Positions 36,441 through 45,527 of a DNA stretch of 64,000 nucleotides are shown here, piece after piece; the stretch's first letter is position 1; every line of letters starts with the position of its first letter. The translations under genes and the position numbers were made by a program. The DNA is from Gemmatimonadales bacterium (GTDB lineage: Bacteria; Gemmatimonadota; Gemmatimonadetes; Gemmatimonadales; GWC2-71-9), in the NCBI GenBank assembly GCA_036267775.1, contig DATAVM010000090.1:1172-65171 (forward strand). Reading direction: 5' to 3'. The notes beneath the pieces are model-generated. The model was not told where the DNA came from. It worked only from the letters and a program-made list of their open reading frames with translations, and did no database searches.

Positions 36441-37447
36441 CGCCCCAGCGCCTCGAGCGCTGTCAGCACGGCCGTGGGCTCGATCTGCACCAGGCAATGG
36501 AGATGGCCCAGAGGACACGCCGGGCCGCCGTGGGCGGTACACGGCCGGCAGCGGAGATCACGCTCGACCACGACCGCCTGGGCGTGATACGGAAAGAAGC
36601 CGAATTCCCGCACGGTCGGCCCGTACAGCGCCACCGCCGGTGTCCCCACCGCGGTGGCCAGGTGGAGGACACCGGTGTCGCCCGCGACCAGTGCCGCAGC
36701 GCGCTTGAGCAGGGCCCCGCTGCCAATGAGCGAGAACTGGCCGGCGGCGCTGGCGCCCCGGCCGGCTGCCGCCACGATGCGCTCACCCAGCTCGCGCTCG
36801 GCTGGGCCGCCAAGGACCAGCAGGTCGTGGGTCGCCGGCAGACGCGCGGCGAGGGCTTCCCAGTGCGCCGCAGGCCATCGCTTGGTGAAATGGGCCGCGC
36901 CCGGGGCGACCGCCACGATCGGACGCAGCTCGCCCAGGCGATGCGTGGTGAGAAACGCCGCCGCCTCCCGATCGGCCTCGGGTGTGGTGAAAAACTCGGC
37001 GGGTCCGCCGTCCGGGAACACATCGAGATCGCGGGCGGCGGCAAAGTAGCGCTCGGCCACCGGGCCCAGGTCGCCGCCGCGAGCGCGATGTGTGCGAATC
37101 AGAAGTGCACGCCGCAGGCGGTGCTTGGGATAGCCAGTCCAGCGCCCGCCCACCAGCCGTCGCAGCGCATGCGAGCGCAACGAGCCGTGCAGGTCGAGGC
37201 GATGGGTCCAGGGCTCTTCGCGGAGCTGGCGGCCCAATGCGCTGAGCGGCGTACCGTGGCGCCAGGTGATCAGCCGATCGATGCGCGGGTTGTGACGGAG
37301 GGTGTCCGCCATGTCCTCGCGCAGCACACAGGTGATCCGGGCCTCGGGATGGCGCGTCCGCAGGGCGCGCAGAAGCGGCGTGGTCAGCAGCAGATCGCCG
37401 ATCGACGAGAAGCGGACGATGAGAATATTCGGGGCGCCGGGCGTCAC
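36437..37447 (-). CDS. Glycosyltransferase family 9 (LPS heptosyltransferase-like)
   Basis: 336 aa. ILIVRFSSIGDLLLTTPLLRALRTRHPEARITCV is the GT9 N-terminal signature. C-terminal ALLKRAAALVAGDTGVLHLATAVGTP. Confidence 0.85.
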   Translation of the reverse strand: MTPGAPNILIVRFSSIGDLLLTTPLLRALRTRHPEARITCVLREDMADTLRHNPRIDRLITWRHGTPLSALGRQLREEPWTHRLDLHGSLRSHALRRLVGGRWTGYPKHRLRRALLIRTHRARGGDLGPVAERYFAAARDLDVFPDGGPAEFFTTPEADREAAAFLTTHRLGELRPIVAVAPGAAHFTKRWPAAHWEALAARLPATHDLLVLGGPAERELGERIVAAAGRGASAAGQFSLIGSGALLKRAAALVAGDTGVLHLATAVGTPAVALYGPTVREFGFFPYHAQAVVVERDLRCRPCTAHGGPACPLGHLHCLVQIEPTAVLTALEALGR

Positions 37448-37475
37448 CGGAGAGAATGTAAGATAGTTTTAGGTC

Positions 37476-39041
37476 ATGACCCGGCCGCGCAGCATCCTGT
37501 GGGTAGACGACGAGATCGAAACCCTCGGCTCCCACGTCCTTTTTCTGGAACAACAGGGCTTTTCGGTCGAGCGTGCCGCCAACGGCGATGACGCGCTGGC
37601 CTTGCTGCGGCGCCAGCCCTACGGCGTGGTGTTGCTCGACGAACAGATGCCCGGTGTGCGGGGTCTCGACCTGGTGCCGCAATTGCGCGCCATCGACTCC
37701 GCGATGCCGGTGGTGATGGTCACCAAGTCCGAAGAAGCCGAGACGCTGCGCGATGCGATCGGGGCGGAAATCGCCGACTATCTCACCAAGCCGGTCAACC
37801 CACGTCAGGTGCTGTCCGTGGTGATGCGGCTGCTGGAAGGCGATCGCATTCGCCAGCAGCGGCTGTCGCATGATTTTGTCGCCCGCTTTCGCGAGCTCGA
37901 GAGCCGTCGCGGCCAGCACCTGGCGTGGCGCGAATGGGTGGAGGTCGTCGCCGAGCTTGCGGACTGGGAAGTCAAGCTTGGCCAGGCGGATGAACCTGGA
38001 TTGCAGGACGCACTGCGCACGCTGCAATCGGGCATGCGTCTCGACTTCGCGCGTTTCATCGCCGCGTCGTATCCGCGCTGGCTCGCCGAGCGCGGCGCTG
38101 ACCGGCCGCCGCTGTCGGTGGACGTGGTGTCGGAGTTTCTGCGCCCCACGCTCGAAGCCAGCGGGCGCGCGATGCTCGTGGTGGTCGACTGTCTGCGGCT
38201 CGACCAATGGGCGATGATCCGTCCAATGATCGAACGGCATTTCGATGTGGAAGTCGACCACTACTTCTCGATCCTGCCGACCGCCACGCCGTACAGTCGC
38301 AACGCGATCTTTTCCGGGCTGTATCCCGCGGAAATGGTCGCACGCCATCCGGGTTGGTGGAACGACCGCGAAGAGACCTCGCTCAATGCGCACGAAGCGA
38401 CGCTGCTCACCGAGCAGCTCCGCGAGCTCACCGGGCGCGATGTGCCGGTGCAGTACGAGAAGGTGTTTTCCGCCGCAGATGGTGAGCAGATGCTGCGCCG
38501 GCTTTCGGGACACCTGGCGCATCCGGGTGTGACGGCGCTCGTCTTCAATTTCATCGATCAACTCACGCACGGCCGCACGGAGAACGACGCGCTCTACGAA
38601 GTCGCGCGCGATACGACCGCGCTGCGCGCCCTCACCCGCACCTGGTTCGAGCGCTCCGCGCTCTTCGAGGCACTCAAGGAAGCCGAGCGGCGGCGCGTAC
38701 CGGTGATTCTGACCACGGACCATGGCTCGATCCATTGTCACACACCGGCGACGATCTTTGCACGACGCGACGCCACCGCCAATCTCCGCTTCAAGTTTGG
38801 CGAAGATCTGCGCGTGGAGAATCCCGACTCGGCCGTCACGGTGGACGACCTGGCTGCGTGGGGGCTGCCGCCCAGAACGGCGCAGTCGCGCCTGCTGCTC
38901 GCCACCAATGACTGCTTCTTTGTCTACCCGACCAAACTGCGCGAGTATCAGGCGCGGTACCGCGGCGCGTTCCTGCATGGCGGTGTTTCGCCGGAAGAAG
39001 TCGTGCTGCCGGTCGCACTGCTGACGCCGAGGCGCGGGTGA
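37476..39041 (+). CDS. PorX-type response regulator: CheY-like receiver fused to a PglZ (alkaline-phosphatase-superfamily) domain
   Basis: 521 aa. Receiver domain ILWVDDEIETL...VVLLDEQMPGVRG...VVMVTKSEEAETLRDAIGAEIADYLTKPVNPRQV. The C-terminal ~390 aa include VVVDCLRLDQW, LPTATPYSRNAIFSGLYP and ILTTDHGS, consistent with a PglZ metal-site pattern. Length and architecture match PorX of Bacteroidota. Confidence 0.8.
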   Translation: MTRPRSILWVDDEIETLGSHVLFLEQQGFSVERAANGDDALALLRRQPYGVVLLDEQMPGVRGLDLVPQLRAIDSAMPVVMVTKSEEAETLRDAIGAEIADYLTKPVNPRQVLSVVMRLLEGDRIRQQRLSHDFVARFRELESRRGQHLAWREWVEVVAELADWEVKLGQADEPGLQDALRTLQSGMRLDFARFIAASYPRWLAERGADRPPLSVDVVSEFLRPTLEASGRAMLVVVDCLRLDQWAMIRPMIERHFDVEVDHYFSILPTATPYSRNAIFSGLYPAEMVARHPGWWNDREETSLNAHEATLLTEQLRELTGRDVPVQYEKVFSAADGEQMLRRLSGHLAHPGVTALVFNFIDQLTHGRTENDALYEVARDTTALRALTRTWFERSALFEALKEAERRRVPVILTTDHGSIHCHTPATIFARRDATANLRFKFGEDLRVENPDSAVTVDDLAAWGLPPRTAQSRLLLATNDCFFVYPTKLREYQARYRGAFLHGGVSPEEVVLPVALLTPRRG

Positions 39042-40861
39042 GTCAGCGGGAGATGCGCGCCCGGCTTCTCGCCCTGCTCAAGCCGCAGGCGCTGACCTTT
39101 GGCGCCGGGCTCGTGGCCGCGTTCATCGGCTCCACCCTCGACGGGGCCGCGATCATTTTCCTGGTGCCGCTGCTCAAGCATCTCTTTGGCACGACCGCGG
39201 GGATGGCGCCTGGTGGCACCAGACTCGACGACACGCTGGGCCGTCTCCTCGCGCCAGTCGTGGCCGGTGCCTCGCCTGCCGTCGTGACGGAGCGGCTCGT
39301 GCTGCTCTTTCTCGCGGCTCTTGCCGTCAAGAATCTCGCGAACTACATCGCGGCATATCTGTCGGTGGTGGTGCAGGAAAACATGGTGCGCGACCTGCGC
39401 AACCGGCTCTATGCCCATCTCCTCGAGCTCGACCTGGGCGTGTATCAGCGGACGCGCGGCGGTCAGTTTGCCGCGGCACTGGTGAGCGACGCGGACCAGG
39501 TCAAGCAACTCGTCGTGGCGGTGCTGGCCGCATTCTTCCAGAACTTCGTGATGATCCTCGCCACGCTGGCGGTGCTCTGCGCGTTGTCCGTGCGGCTGAC
39601 GCTCATGGTGCTGGTGCTCGTGCCGATCCTCATCGCCGCGGTGGGCGCCGTCGTCTCGCGGCTCAAGCGCCATGCGATCACCTTTGCGCACGAGCGCGGC
39701 GAGCTCACGTCGACCATCACCGAACGCCTCGGCGCGATGAAACTGATCCGCGCCTATGGTGCGGAAGCGACGGAAGTCGGCGCCTTTGCCGCGCAGTCGC
39801 AGCGCTATCGCAAGGGCTATGTCCGGACGCAGCGCTTTGCACTCCTGACGTCGCCAGTGAGTGAGCTTTTTGGCGGTGCCATCATTGTGCTCATTCTCTG
39901 GGCGGCGTCCAACCAGGATATCTCCAATGTGCGCATGAACGCCGCGGACACGATCATCTTTGTGGTGGCGGCGCTGCGGCTGATGTCGCCGCTGAAGGCG
40001 ATCACGCAGGTACCGGCGCAGCTTGCCATCGCGGAGGCGAGTGCCGCGCGTGTCTTTGCGCTGCTCGACTCTCCCGATACCGAAGCTGATGCGCCCGGCG
40101 CACACCCCGCGGTCTTTGCGCGCGATCTGGTGATGGACCACGTGAGCTTTGGCTATGAAGCCGGCGTGCCCATTCTGCACGACGTGTCGCTTCGGGCGGC
40201 CAAGGGCGACGTGGTGGCCATTGTGGGGCCGAGTGGCGCGGGAAAGACCACGCTGGTGGAACTCGTGCCGCGCTTTCACGATCCGACGTCCGGCGAGGTG
40301 CGACTCGACGGCGTTCCGCTGACCGCGCTGTCGCGCGCGTCGCTGCGAGCACTGATTGCCGTGGTGAGCCAGGACACCATCATTCTGCACGACAGTGTCC
40401 GTGCCAACATTGCCTACGGCAGGCCTGGTGCCCGCGATGCCGATATCGAGGCCGCTGCAGCCGCCGCCAATGCGCACGAATTCATTGCGGATCTGCCGGA
40501 CGGCTACGCGACCATTCTCGGGGAGCGCGGCACCAGGCTGTCGGGCGGACAGCGCCAGCGCATTGCGATTGCGCGCGCCCTCCTGCGCGACGCGCCGATC
40601 CTGATTCTCGACGAAGCGACGAGCGCGCTCGACACGGCGTCGGAACGCCTGGTGCAGGAAGCGATCGACCGGCTGATGCGCGATCGCACTGTCCTCGTGA
40701 TCGCCCATCGGCTGGCCACGGTGCGGCAGGCGGACCGGATCGTGGTGCTCAGCGAGGGCGCGGTCGTCGAGGCCGGCACCCATGCGGAGTTGCTGGCCCT
40801 CGGCGGGATGTATCGACGCCTGTACGATCTTCAGTTTTCCGTCGACGAGGTCACCACGTGA
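39038..40861 (+). CDS. ABC transporter, fused permease/ATPase, MsbA-like (lipid/glycolipid exporter family)
   Basis: 607 aa. Six-TM type-I exporter domain. Walker A GPSGAGKTT, signature LSGGQRQRIAIARA, Walker B ILILDEATSALD. GTGA overlap with the upstream regulator. Confidence 0.85.
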   Translation: MSQREMRARLLALLKPQALTFGAGLVAAFIGSTLDGAAIIFLVPLLKHLFGTTAGMAPGGTRLDDTLGRLLAPVVAGASPAVVTERLVLLFLAALAVKNLANYIAAYLSVVVQENMVRDLRNRLYAHLLELDLGVYQRTRGGQFAAALVSDADQVKQLVVAVLAAFFQNFVMILATLAVLCALSVRLTLMVLVLVPILIAAVGAVVSRLKRHAITFAHERGELTSTITERLGAMKLIRAYGAEATEVGAFAAQSQRYRKGYVRTQRFALLTSPVSELFGGAIIVLILWAASNQDISNVRMNAADTIIFVVAALRLMSPLKAITQVPAQLAIAEASAARVFALLDSPDTEADAPGAHPAVFARDLVMDHVSFGYEAGVPILHDVSLRAAKGDVVAIVGPSGAGKTTLVELVPRFHDPTSGEVRLDGVPLTALSRASLRALIAVVSQDTIILHDSVRANIAYGRPGARDADIEAAAAAANAHEFIADLPDGYATILGERGTRLSGGQRQRIAIARALLRDAPILILDEATSALDTASERLVQEAIDRLMRDRTVLVIAHRLATVRQADRIVVLSEGAVVEAGTHAELLALGGMYRRLYDLQFSVDEVTT

Positions 40862-41865
40862 GTATCGAGCGGACCGTGCTGTTCATCGCCGAATTCGACG
40901 ACGTGTCCCACGCGTACAGCGCACAGTGCCAGCGCGCGCTGGAACGTCTCGGCGCCAAGGTGACCGCCTTCGATCTCGCCGCCCGCCCTTCGCTGCTGCA
41001 ACGCTTTCGCGCCGGCGATCTGGTGCACCGCCTCGAACGCGTCGTGGACGAGACCGACCCCGAGCTGGTGCTGGTGATCGGCGGCGATGCGCTCGACGAA
41101 GCGCTCGTCGACCGGCTCCGCGCCCGCGTGCGTGCACGCTGGATCAACTGGTTGCCGCACGACCTGCGGTCGATTTCGTCGGCGATCAGCCTGGCGCGGC
41201 CCTACGATCATCTCTACGCCACGGGTACCGATATCGCGGCGGAAATCGGCGAGCGACTGGGCCGCACGGTCGATGTCCTCGCCTTCGCGGCCGACCCGTC
41301 GGTCTATCGCCCGATCCGCACCAAGGATCAGTATCGCGCCAACGTGGTGTTCGCGGGCAGCGCCACACCACGCCGTGAGCGGCTGCTGGGCGAGCTGGTG
41401 GAATTCGGTCTCGCCGTATGGGGACCGGGCTGGCGCAAGACCGGGTTGCGCGACTATTGCCGCGGCGAGGCGCCGAGCACGACGGCCTACGTCAAGGCGT
41501 ACGCGGGCGCGACGGTCGCGATCAACATTCATCACTGCGCGGCGGAGAACAGTCCGCACGACGCGTCGTGCAACCAGCGGCTCTTCGAGCTCGCCGCGAT
41601 GGGTGCCGCACAAGTGGTCGACGAGCGCGGCGATCTGCCGCGCTACTTCGAGGCCGGGAATGAAGTGGTGGTCTTTCAGGATGGCGGAGACCTGCGCAAC
41701 CGCGTGCGCGACCTGATCGAGAATCCCGGCGAAGCCGAACGACTGGGGCAGGCGGCGCGGCTGCGGGCACTGCAGGAGCACACGTACATGCATCGCACCC
41801 GACAGCTCCTGCTCGATCAGCCGCGCGGTCCCGGGTATGATCGTCGCGCCACCGACCGCGGCTAG
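40858..41865 (+). CDS. CgeB-family glycosyltransferase-like protein, copy 1
   Basis: 335 aa. C-terminal region INIHH...NQRLFELAAMGAAQVVD...YFEAGNEVVVFQDGGDL...AERLGQAARLRALQEHTY is typical of the CgeB/Glyco_trans_1_2 group. GTGA overlap with the ABC exporter. Confidence 0.65.
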   Translation: MSIERTVLFIAEFDDVSHAYSAQCQRALERLGAKVTAFDLAARPSLLQRFRAGDLVHRLERVVDETDPELVLVIGGDALDEALVDRLRARVRARWINWLPHDLRSISSAISLARPYDHLYATGTDIAAEIGERLGRTVDVLAFAADPSVYRPIRTKDQYRANVVFAGSATPRRERLLGELVEFGLAVWGPGWRKTGLRDYCRGEAPSTTAYVKAYAGATVAINIHHCAAENSPHDASCNQRLFELAAMGAAQVVDERGDLPRYFEAGNEVVVFQDGGDLRNRVRDLIENPGEAERLGQAARLRALQEHTYMHRTRQLLLDQPRGPGYDRRATDRG

Positions 41866-42791
41866 CGCGCGCCGATCGGTTCGCTCAGGATTTCCCGATA
41901 GACCTCGAGATACCGCGCCGCCATGATGTGGTGCGTGAAGTGATGGAGCACGCGCGCACGGATGGCTTCGGGATCGAGTGCGGCGAGCGCGGGGCGGAGG
42001 TCCACGAGTTCATCCAGTGTGTCACCCAGGAGCCCGGCGTCGGGCGTCACGATCTCCGGCAGCGCGCCGCGCCGCGTGCCGAGCACCGGTGTTCCGCTCA
42101 CCATCGCCTCGATGGTGGTCAAGCCGAAGGGCTCATCCCACTGTGCCGGCATCCAGAGACACGCGGCGTCGGCCAGCAGTGCCCGCTTTTCCGCGCCTCC
42201 CACTTTGCCGACCATGCGCACACCGCGACGCAACACCGGACGCCAGCCGCCGGCAATCACGATCGGATGCCGCGCGCGCTGCGCACCTTCGACGGCCCAT
42301 TGCCATCCCTTGACCGAATGCAGACGTCCGAGGAAGAGATCGAAATCCTTCTTGGCACCGGCAAACTGGTATTCAGCGGGATCGAGGCCGTTATAGACCC
42401 ACCGCGCGATGCCATGGCGCGCCGCGTGATCGCGCGAGATGGCAATCGTGTTGGCCGGGAAGCCGTGATCGGGGGCCAGATTGCCATGGAAGGTCCAGAC
42501 GAACGGCACTGCGGGCGGGCGCGCCAGCGGCGCGTGGGCATGGAGAATGTCCATGCCGGGCGGGAGATAGGGTCTCAAGTCCACGCCGCCCGGACGATGC
42601 GTGATCGCCGGATCGATCGGGACGAGCGTCGCACCGTCGATGGCGCTGCCCGGCGGAGCGATCAGCGTGACGCGATGGCCGAGCGCGATGAGGGCGCGGC
42701 CGAGCCACACCACAATGCGCTCAATGCCGCCGTAGCGGTCGACCGGTACCCGGGTGTGATGATAGAGAACGACATGCAGCGCGCTTGCCAT
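41862..42791 (-). CDS. Glycosyltransferase family 4 (GT-B, short form)
   Basis: 309 aa. YGGIERIVVWLGRALIALGHRVTLI; EPFGLTTIEAMVSGTPVLGTRRGALPEIV contains the E-x7-E region. Its stop shares a palindromic CTAG with the convergent gene. Confidence 0.8.
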   Translation of the reverse strand: MASALHVVLYHHTRVPVDRYGGIERIVVWLGRALIALGHRVTLIAPPGSAIDGATLVPIDPAITHRPGGVDLRPYLPPGMDILHAHAPLARPPAVPFVWTFHGNLAPDHGFPANTIAISRDHAARHGIARWVYNGLDPAEYQFAGAKKDFDLFLGRLHSVKGWQWAVEGAQRARHPIVIAGGWRPVLRRGVRMVGKVGGAEKRALLADAACLWMPAQWDEPFGLTTIEAMVSGTPVLGTRRGALPEIVTPDAGLLGDTLDELVDLRPALAALDPEAIRARVLHHFTHHIMAARYLEVYREILSEPIGAR

Positions 42792-42820
42792 CAGTCGCGG
42801 TTCCCCCGAGTTTCGAGGGA

Positions 42821-43675
42821 ATGGCAGTCTCCGGCTTTACCATCGTGCGCAACGCCACGCTGCTCGACTTCCCGCTGGAAGCGAGCCTGGCGTCGGTGCT
42901 GCCCGCGGTCGACGAGATGGTGGTCAACGTCGGCGTGTCCGACGACGACACGCTCGCGCGCGTGCACGCCATCGGCGACGCCAGGATCCGCGTGGTCGAA
43001 AGCCGGTGGAATCCCGAGCGTGGTACTGCCATGCTCGCCGATGAGACGCAGCGCGCCATGGCGGCGTGCCGATGCCCGTGGGGCATCTATATCCAGGCCG
43101 ACGAAGTGCTCGGCGACGGCGGTGCGGCCGAGTTGCGCAGCATGATCGAGCGGCACGACAGCGATCGGAAGGTCGAGGGCGTGCTGGTGGACTACCGCCA
43201 CTTCTATGGCGGGTTTGATGCCGTCGCCACCAATCGCAAATGGTACGCACGCGAAACACGTGCGCTGCGCCTCGACATCGACGCGCGCTCGTATCGCGAT
43301 GCGCAGGGGTTTCGCGTGGGGCCCGAGCAGCGGCGCATTCGCTGCGTGCCGAGTAGCGCCGTGATTTATCACTACGGCTGGGCGCGGCCCGCGTGGGCGC
43401 TCAGCGCCAAGCGCAGCGAAGATGCCACCTTCGATGCCGCTCGGCGTGCACAGGATGCCGCGCGACCGCTCTTGCCGTGGATTCCCGGGATCAAGCCCTT
43501 TGCCGGTGAGCATCCGGCGGCGGCGCGCGCCTGGATTGCGGAGCGCCGGACGGCGGCGCCGTTGATCGCACCGTTCCGACCGCAGTGGCACCATCTGCGC
43601 CTGGTCGCCTCGGGATGGATCGAGCAATCGACCGGCTGGCGGCCGTTCGCCTATCGGAACTATGCGCGGATCTGA
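42821..43675 (+). CDS. Glycosyltransferase family 2-like protein (FTIVRNA-type)
   Basis: Track ORF 42785..43675 trimmed to the ATG at 42821. MAVSGFTIVRNA..., IYIQADEVL, VEGVLVDYRHFYGGFD, IYHYGWARP, C-terminal RPFAYRNYARI. This pattern is shared with a widespread GT2-annotated family. Confidence 0.7.
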   Translation: MAVSGFTIVRNATLLDFPLEASLASVLPAVDEMVVNVGVSDDDTLARVHAIGDARIRVVESRWNPERGTAMLADETQRAMAACRCPWGIYIQADEVLGDGGAAELRSMIERHDSDRKVEGVLVDYRHFYGGFDAVATNRKWYARETRALRLDIDARSYRDAQGFRVGPEQRRIRCVPSSAVIYHYGWARPAWALSAKRSEDATFDAARRAQDAARPLLPWIPGIKPFAGEHPAAARAWIAERRTAAPLIAPFRPQWHHLRLVASGWIEQSTGWRPFAYRNYARI

Positions 43676-44496
43676 CATTCCGCCGGTATGCAGCACACGT
43701 CAAAGCGACGCCGATCGTTCAGGTTGTCCGGCGTGATCTTCTCGCCCAGCAGATTGTGATCGCCTTCGACCAGATGCAGCACATAATCGTGCCCTGCAAG
43801 AAAGGCGTAGAGTCGCTGCCGATAATCGGCCGGTGATTTCCGGAGGTCGAACATCTCCACCTGCAGGAACGGACGCTGCGCCCGGATGACGGCGTCGAGC
43901 GTTTCAAGAATCGCCAGATCAAAGCCTTCCGCGTCCACCTTGATATAGCGGATCCGCGCCACGAGCCCGGCGTAGTCGCGCTCGAGCAGCGCAGGAAGGT
44001 TGCGACCCTGGACGCGCAGCGTGAACGCGCTGCCGTGCTGCCACTTGCTCATCCCCTCGTGATACCCGCCGTTGGCAAAGCCGGGCTCGCCATACTGGAA
44101 TTCGTATTCCCCATCGGTGCGCATGGCGGCAAACGGCAGCGCGATGATGCGTGTCTTGTCGGCATTGAGGCGCGCGTTTTCGGCGAGCACCGGGAACACA
44201 TGCGCATTGGGTTCCAGCGCGAGCACCGCACCGGTGGGACCGACCGCAAGTGCCAGGGGAATCGCGGTGTCGCCGGTGTGCGCGCCAATGTCGATGGCGA
44301 CATCGCCCGGGTGGAGCAGGCGGCGGAGCTGATCGACCATGGCCTGTGTCGGCGCCGTGCGATAGGCGTTCCGATGCTGCCATTGTGCCACGTCGATCGG
44401 TCCGTCGCCGGCCAGCACATGGTGTTCGACGACAAAGCCATAGTGTTGCGGCCGCGGCTTGAGGCCGAGGAGGTAGACGAACTCCTTCAACTTCAC
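43660..44496 (-). CDS. FkbM-family SAM-dependent methyltransferase, copy 1
   Basis: Track frame 43660..44646 trimmed to the GTG at 44494-44496 (GTGA overlap). AIDIGAHTGDTAI and YIKVDAEGFDLAIL are hallmark FkbM motifs. 278 aa. Confidence 0.8.
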   Translation of the reverse strand: MKLKEFVYLLGLKPRPQHYGFVVEHHVLAGDGPIDVAQWQHRNAYRTAPTQAMVDQLRRLLHPGDVAIDIGAHTGDTAIPLALAVGPTGAVLALEPNAHVFPVLAENARLNADKTRIIALPFAAMRTDGEYEFQYGEPGFANGGYHEGMSKWQHGSAFTLRVQGRNLPALLERDYAGLVARIRYIKVDAEGFDLAILETLDAVIRAQRPFLQVEMFDLRKSPADYRQRLYAFLAGHDYVLHLVEGDHNLLGEKITPDNLNDRRRFDVCCIPAECQIRA

Positions 44497-45503
44497 GGCA
44501 GGATCACCGGATACCCGGTGCCGGTCAGCAACATGCGCAGGCGATGATCGTAGGTGTGATACGCGAGCGCATGGGCTCTGGCGCGCGCCGCCATCGCGGC
44601 GCGGTCTTCCGGGTGGGTCAGCAACGCCTGGACCTGCGCGACACATTCATCGGTCGAATGATACCAGAAGCAATGCTGTCCGTGCTGCGCGAACTGTTCG
44701 ATCCCGGGCACATGCGGTCCGACGTAGGCACCCTCGCAACCAAAGATCTTCCACATCCGGTCCGACGCGGACGCATAGTCGTCCGCCTGCGCGGGCAACG
44801 CGTTGGCACCCAGTGATATGGCAGCACCGGCAATCACCTGGGCAAAGGCGCGTCCGTGCACGCGGCCGCCGGCAATTGGCAGGTCCGTGGTGACGCCGCG
44901 CCAACCCGGCCCGCGAATCTGCAGCCGGCACACCGCCGCGACCGCCGCAAGCACCGGCCAGCGAAACGGATAGGGCCCGGAGCCGACAAAGCTCGCGTCG
45001 CAGAGATACGCCGCGCGCGTTCGTGTGGCGGGAATATCTCGTTCTGGCGCCATGGCCTGTGGCAGAAACCGAACCACCGACACACCCGCGCGGCGATAGC
45101 GGTCGAGTTGGGCCGCGTAGGTGAGATAGAGCGTACCGCAACGCTGGGCGAGATCGATCACGCCGTCCTGCGGTTGCGGATCGACGTGCCACATGGCGCT
45201 CGCGCGCCCGCGAAAGATGCGGTCGAGGCGCGCCCCTCCCAGCAGTTGTGCTTCGCGGGTACAGAGGATGAAGTCGGGCTCGAAGCGCTCGATGGCGCGC
45301 TCGATCAGCGGGGCGGCCGCACCCTTGAGGCGCTGCGTCCAGTGCAGTACATCAAAGACGCGCGCGGCAAGGCCCAGGCGGCGCGCGGCATTGGCGTACG
45401 CCACTTCGTCGCGTCGCGAGCCGCCGGCACCCACGACGGCCAGACGGTGATAGGGGAGTTCGGCCACGGCAGGGATGTAGCGGGTTCCCGGGTCGTCAGG
45501 CAA
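44493..45503 (-). CDS. CgeB-family glycosyltransferase-like protein, copy 2
   Basis: 336 aa. Same overall layout as 40858..41865 (RLAVVGAGG... N-terminus, ISLGANA...MWKIFGCEGAYV...QHCFWYHSTDE...AARARAHALAYHTYDHR). The track start is a TTG at 45501-45503; an alternative in-frame GTG is at 45465-45467. Confidence 0.6.
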   Translation of the reverse strand: MPDDPGTRYIPAVAELPYHRLAVVGAGGSRRDEVAYANAARRLGLAARVFDVLHWTQRLKGAAAPLIERAIERFEPDFILCTREAQLLGGARLDRIFRGRASAMWHVDPQPQDGVIDLAQRCGTLYLTYAAQLDRYRRAGVSVVRFLPQAMAPERDIPATRTRAAYLCDASFVGSGPYPFRWPVLAAVAAVCRLQIRGPGWRGVTTDLPIAGGRVHGRAFAQVIAGAAISLGANALPAQADDYASASDRMWKIFGCEGAYVGPHVPGIEQFAQHGQHCFWYHSTDECVAQVQALLTHPEDRAAMAARARAHALAYHTYDHRLRMLLTGTGYPVILP

Positions 45504-45527
45504 GCGGCGGCACTCTTACTCTTGTGC

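Noticed and set aside
36783-38978. 731-aa minus-strand ORF opposite the PorX-like gene
   Set aside because: The plus-strand frame encodes a textbook receiver domain. The antisense frame has no motifs, and it would overlap the well-supported GT9 gene in another frame.
38948-40783. 611-aa minus-strand ORF opposite the MsbA-like gene
   Set aside because: The plus strand has Walker A, the ABC signature and Walker B in the correct order. The antisense product is low-complexity sequence.
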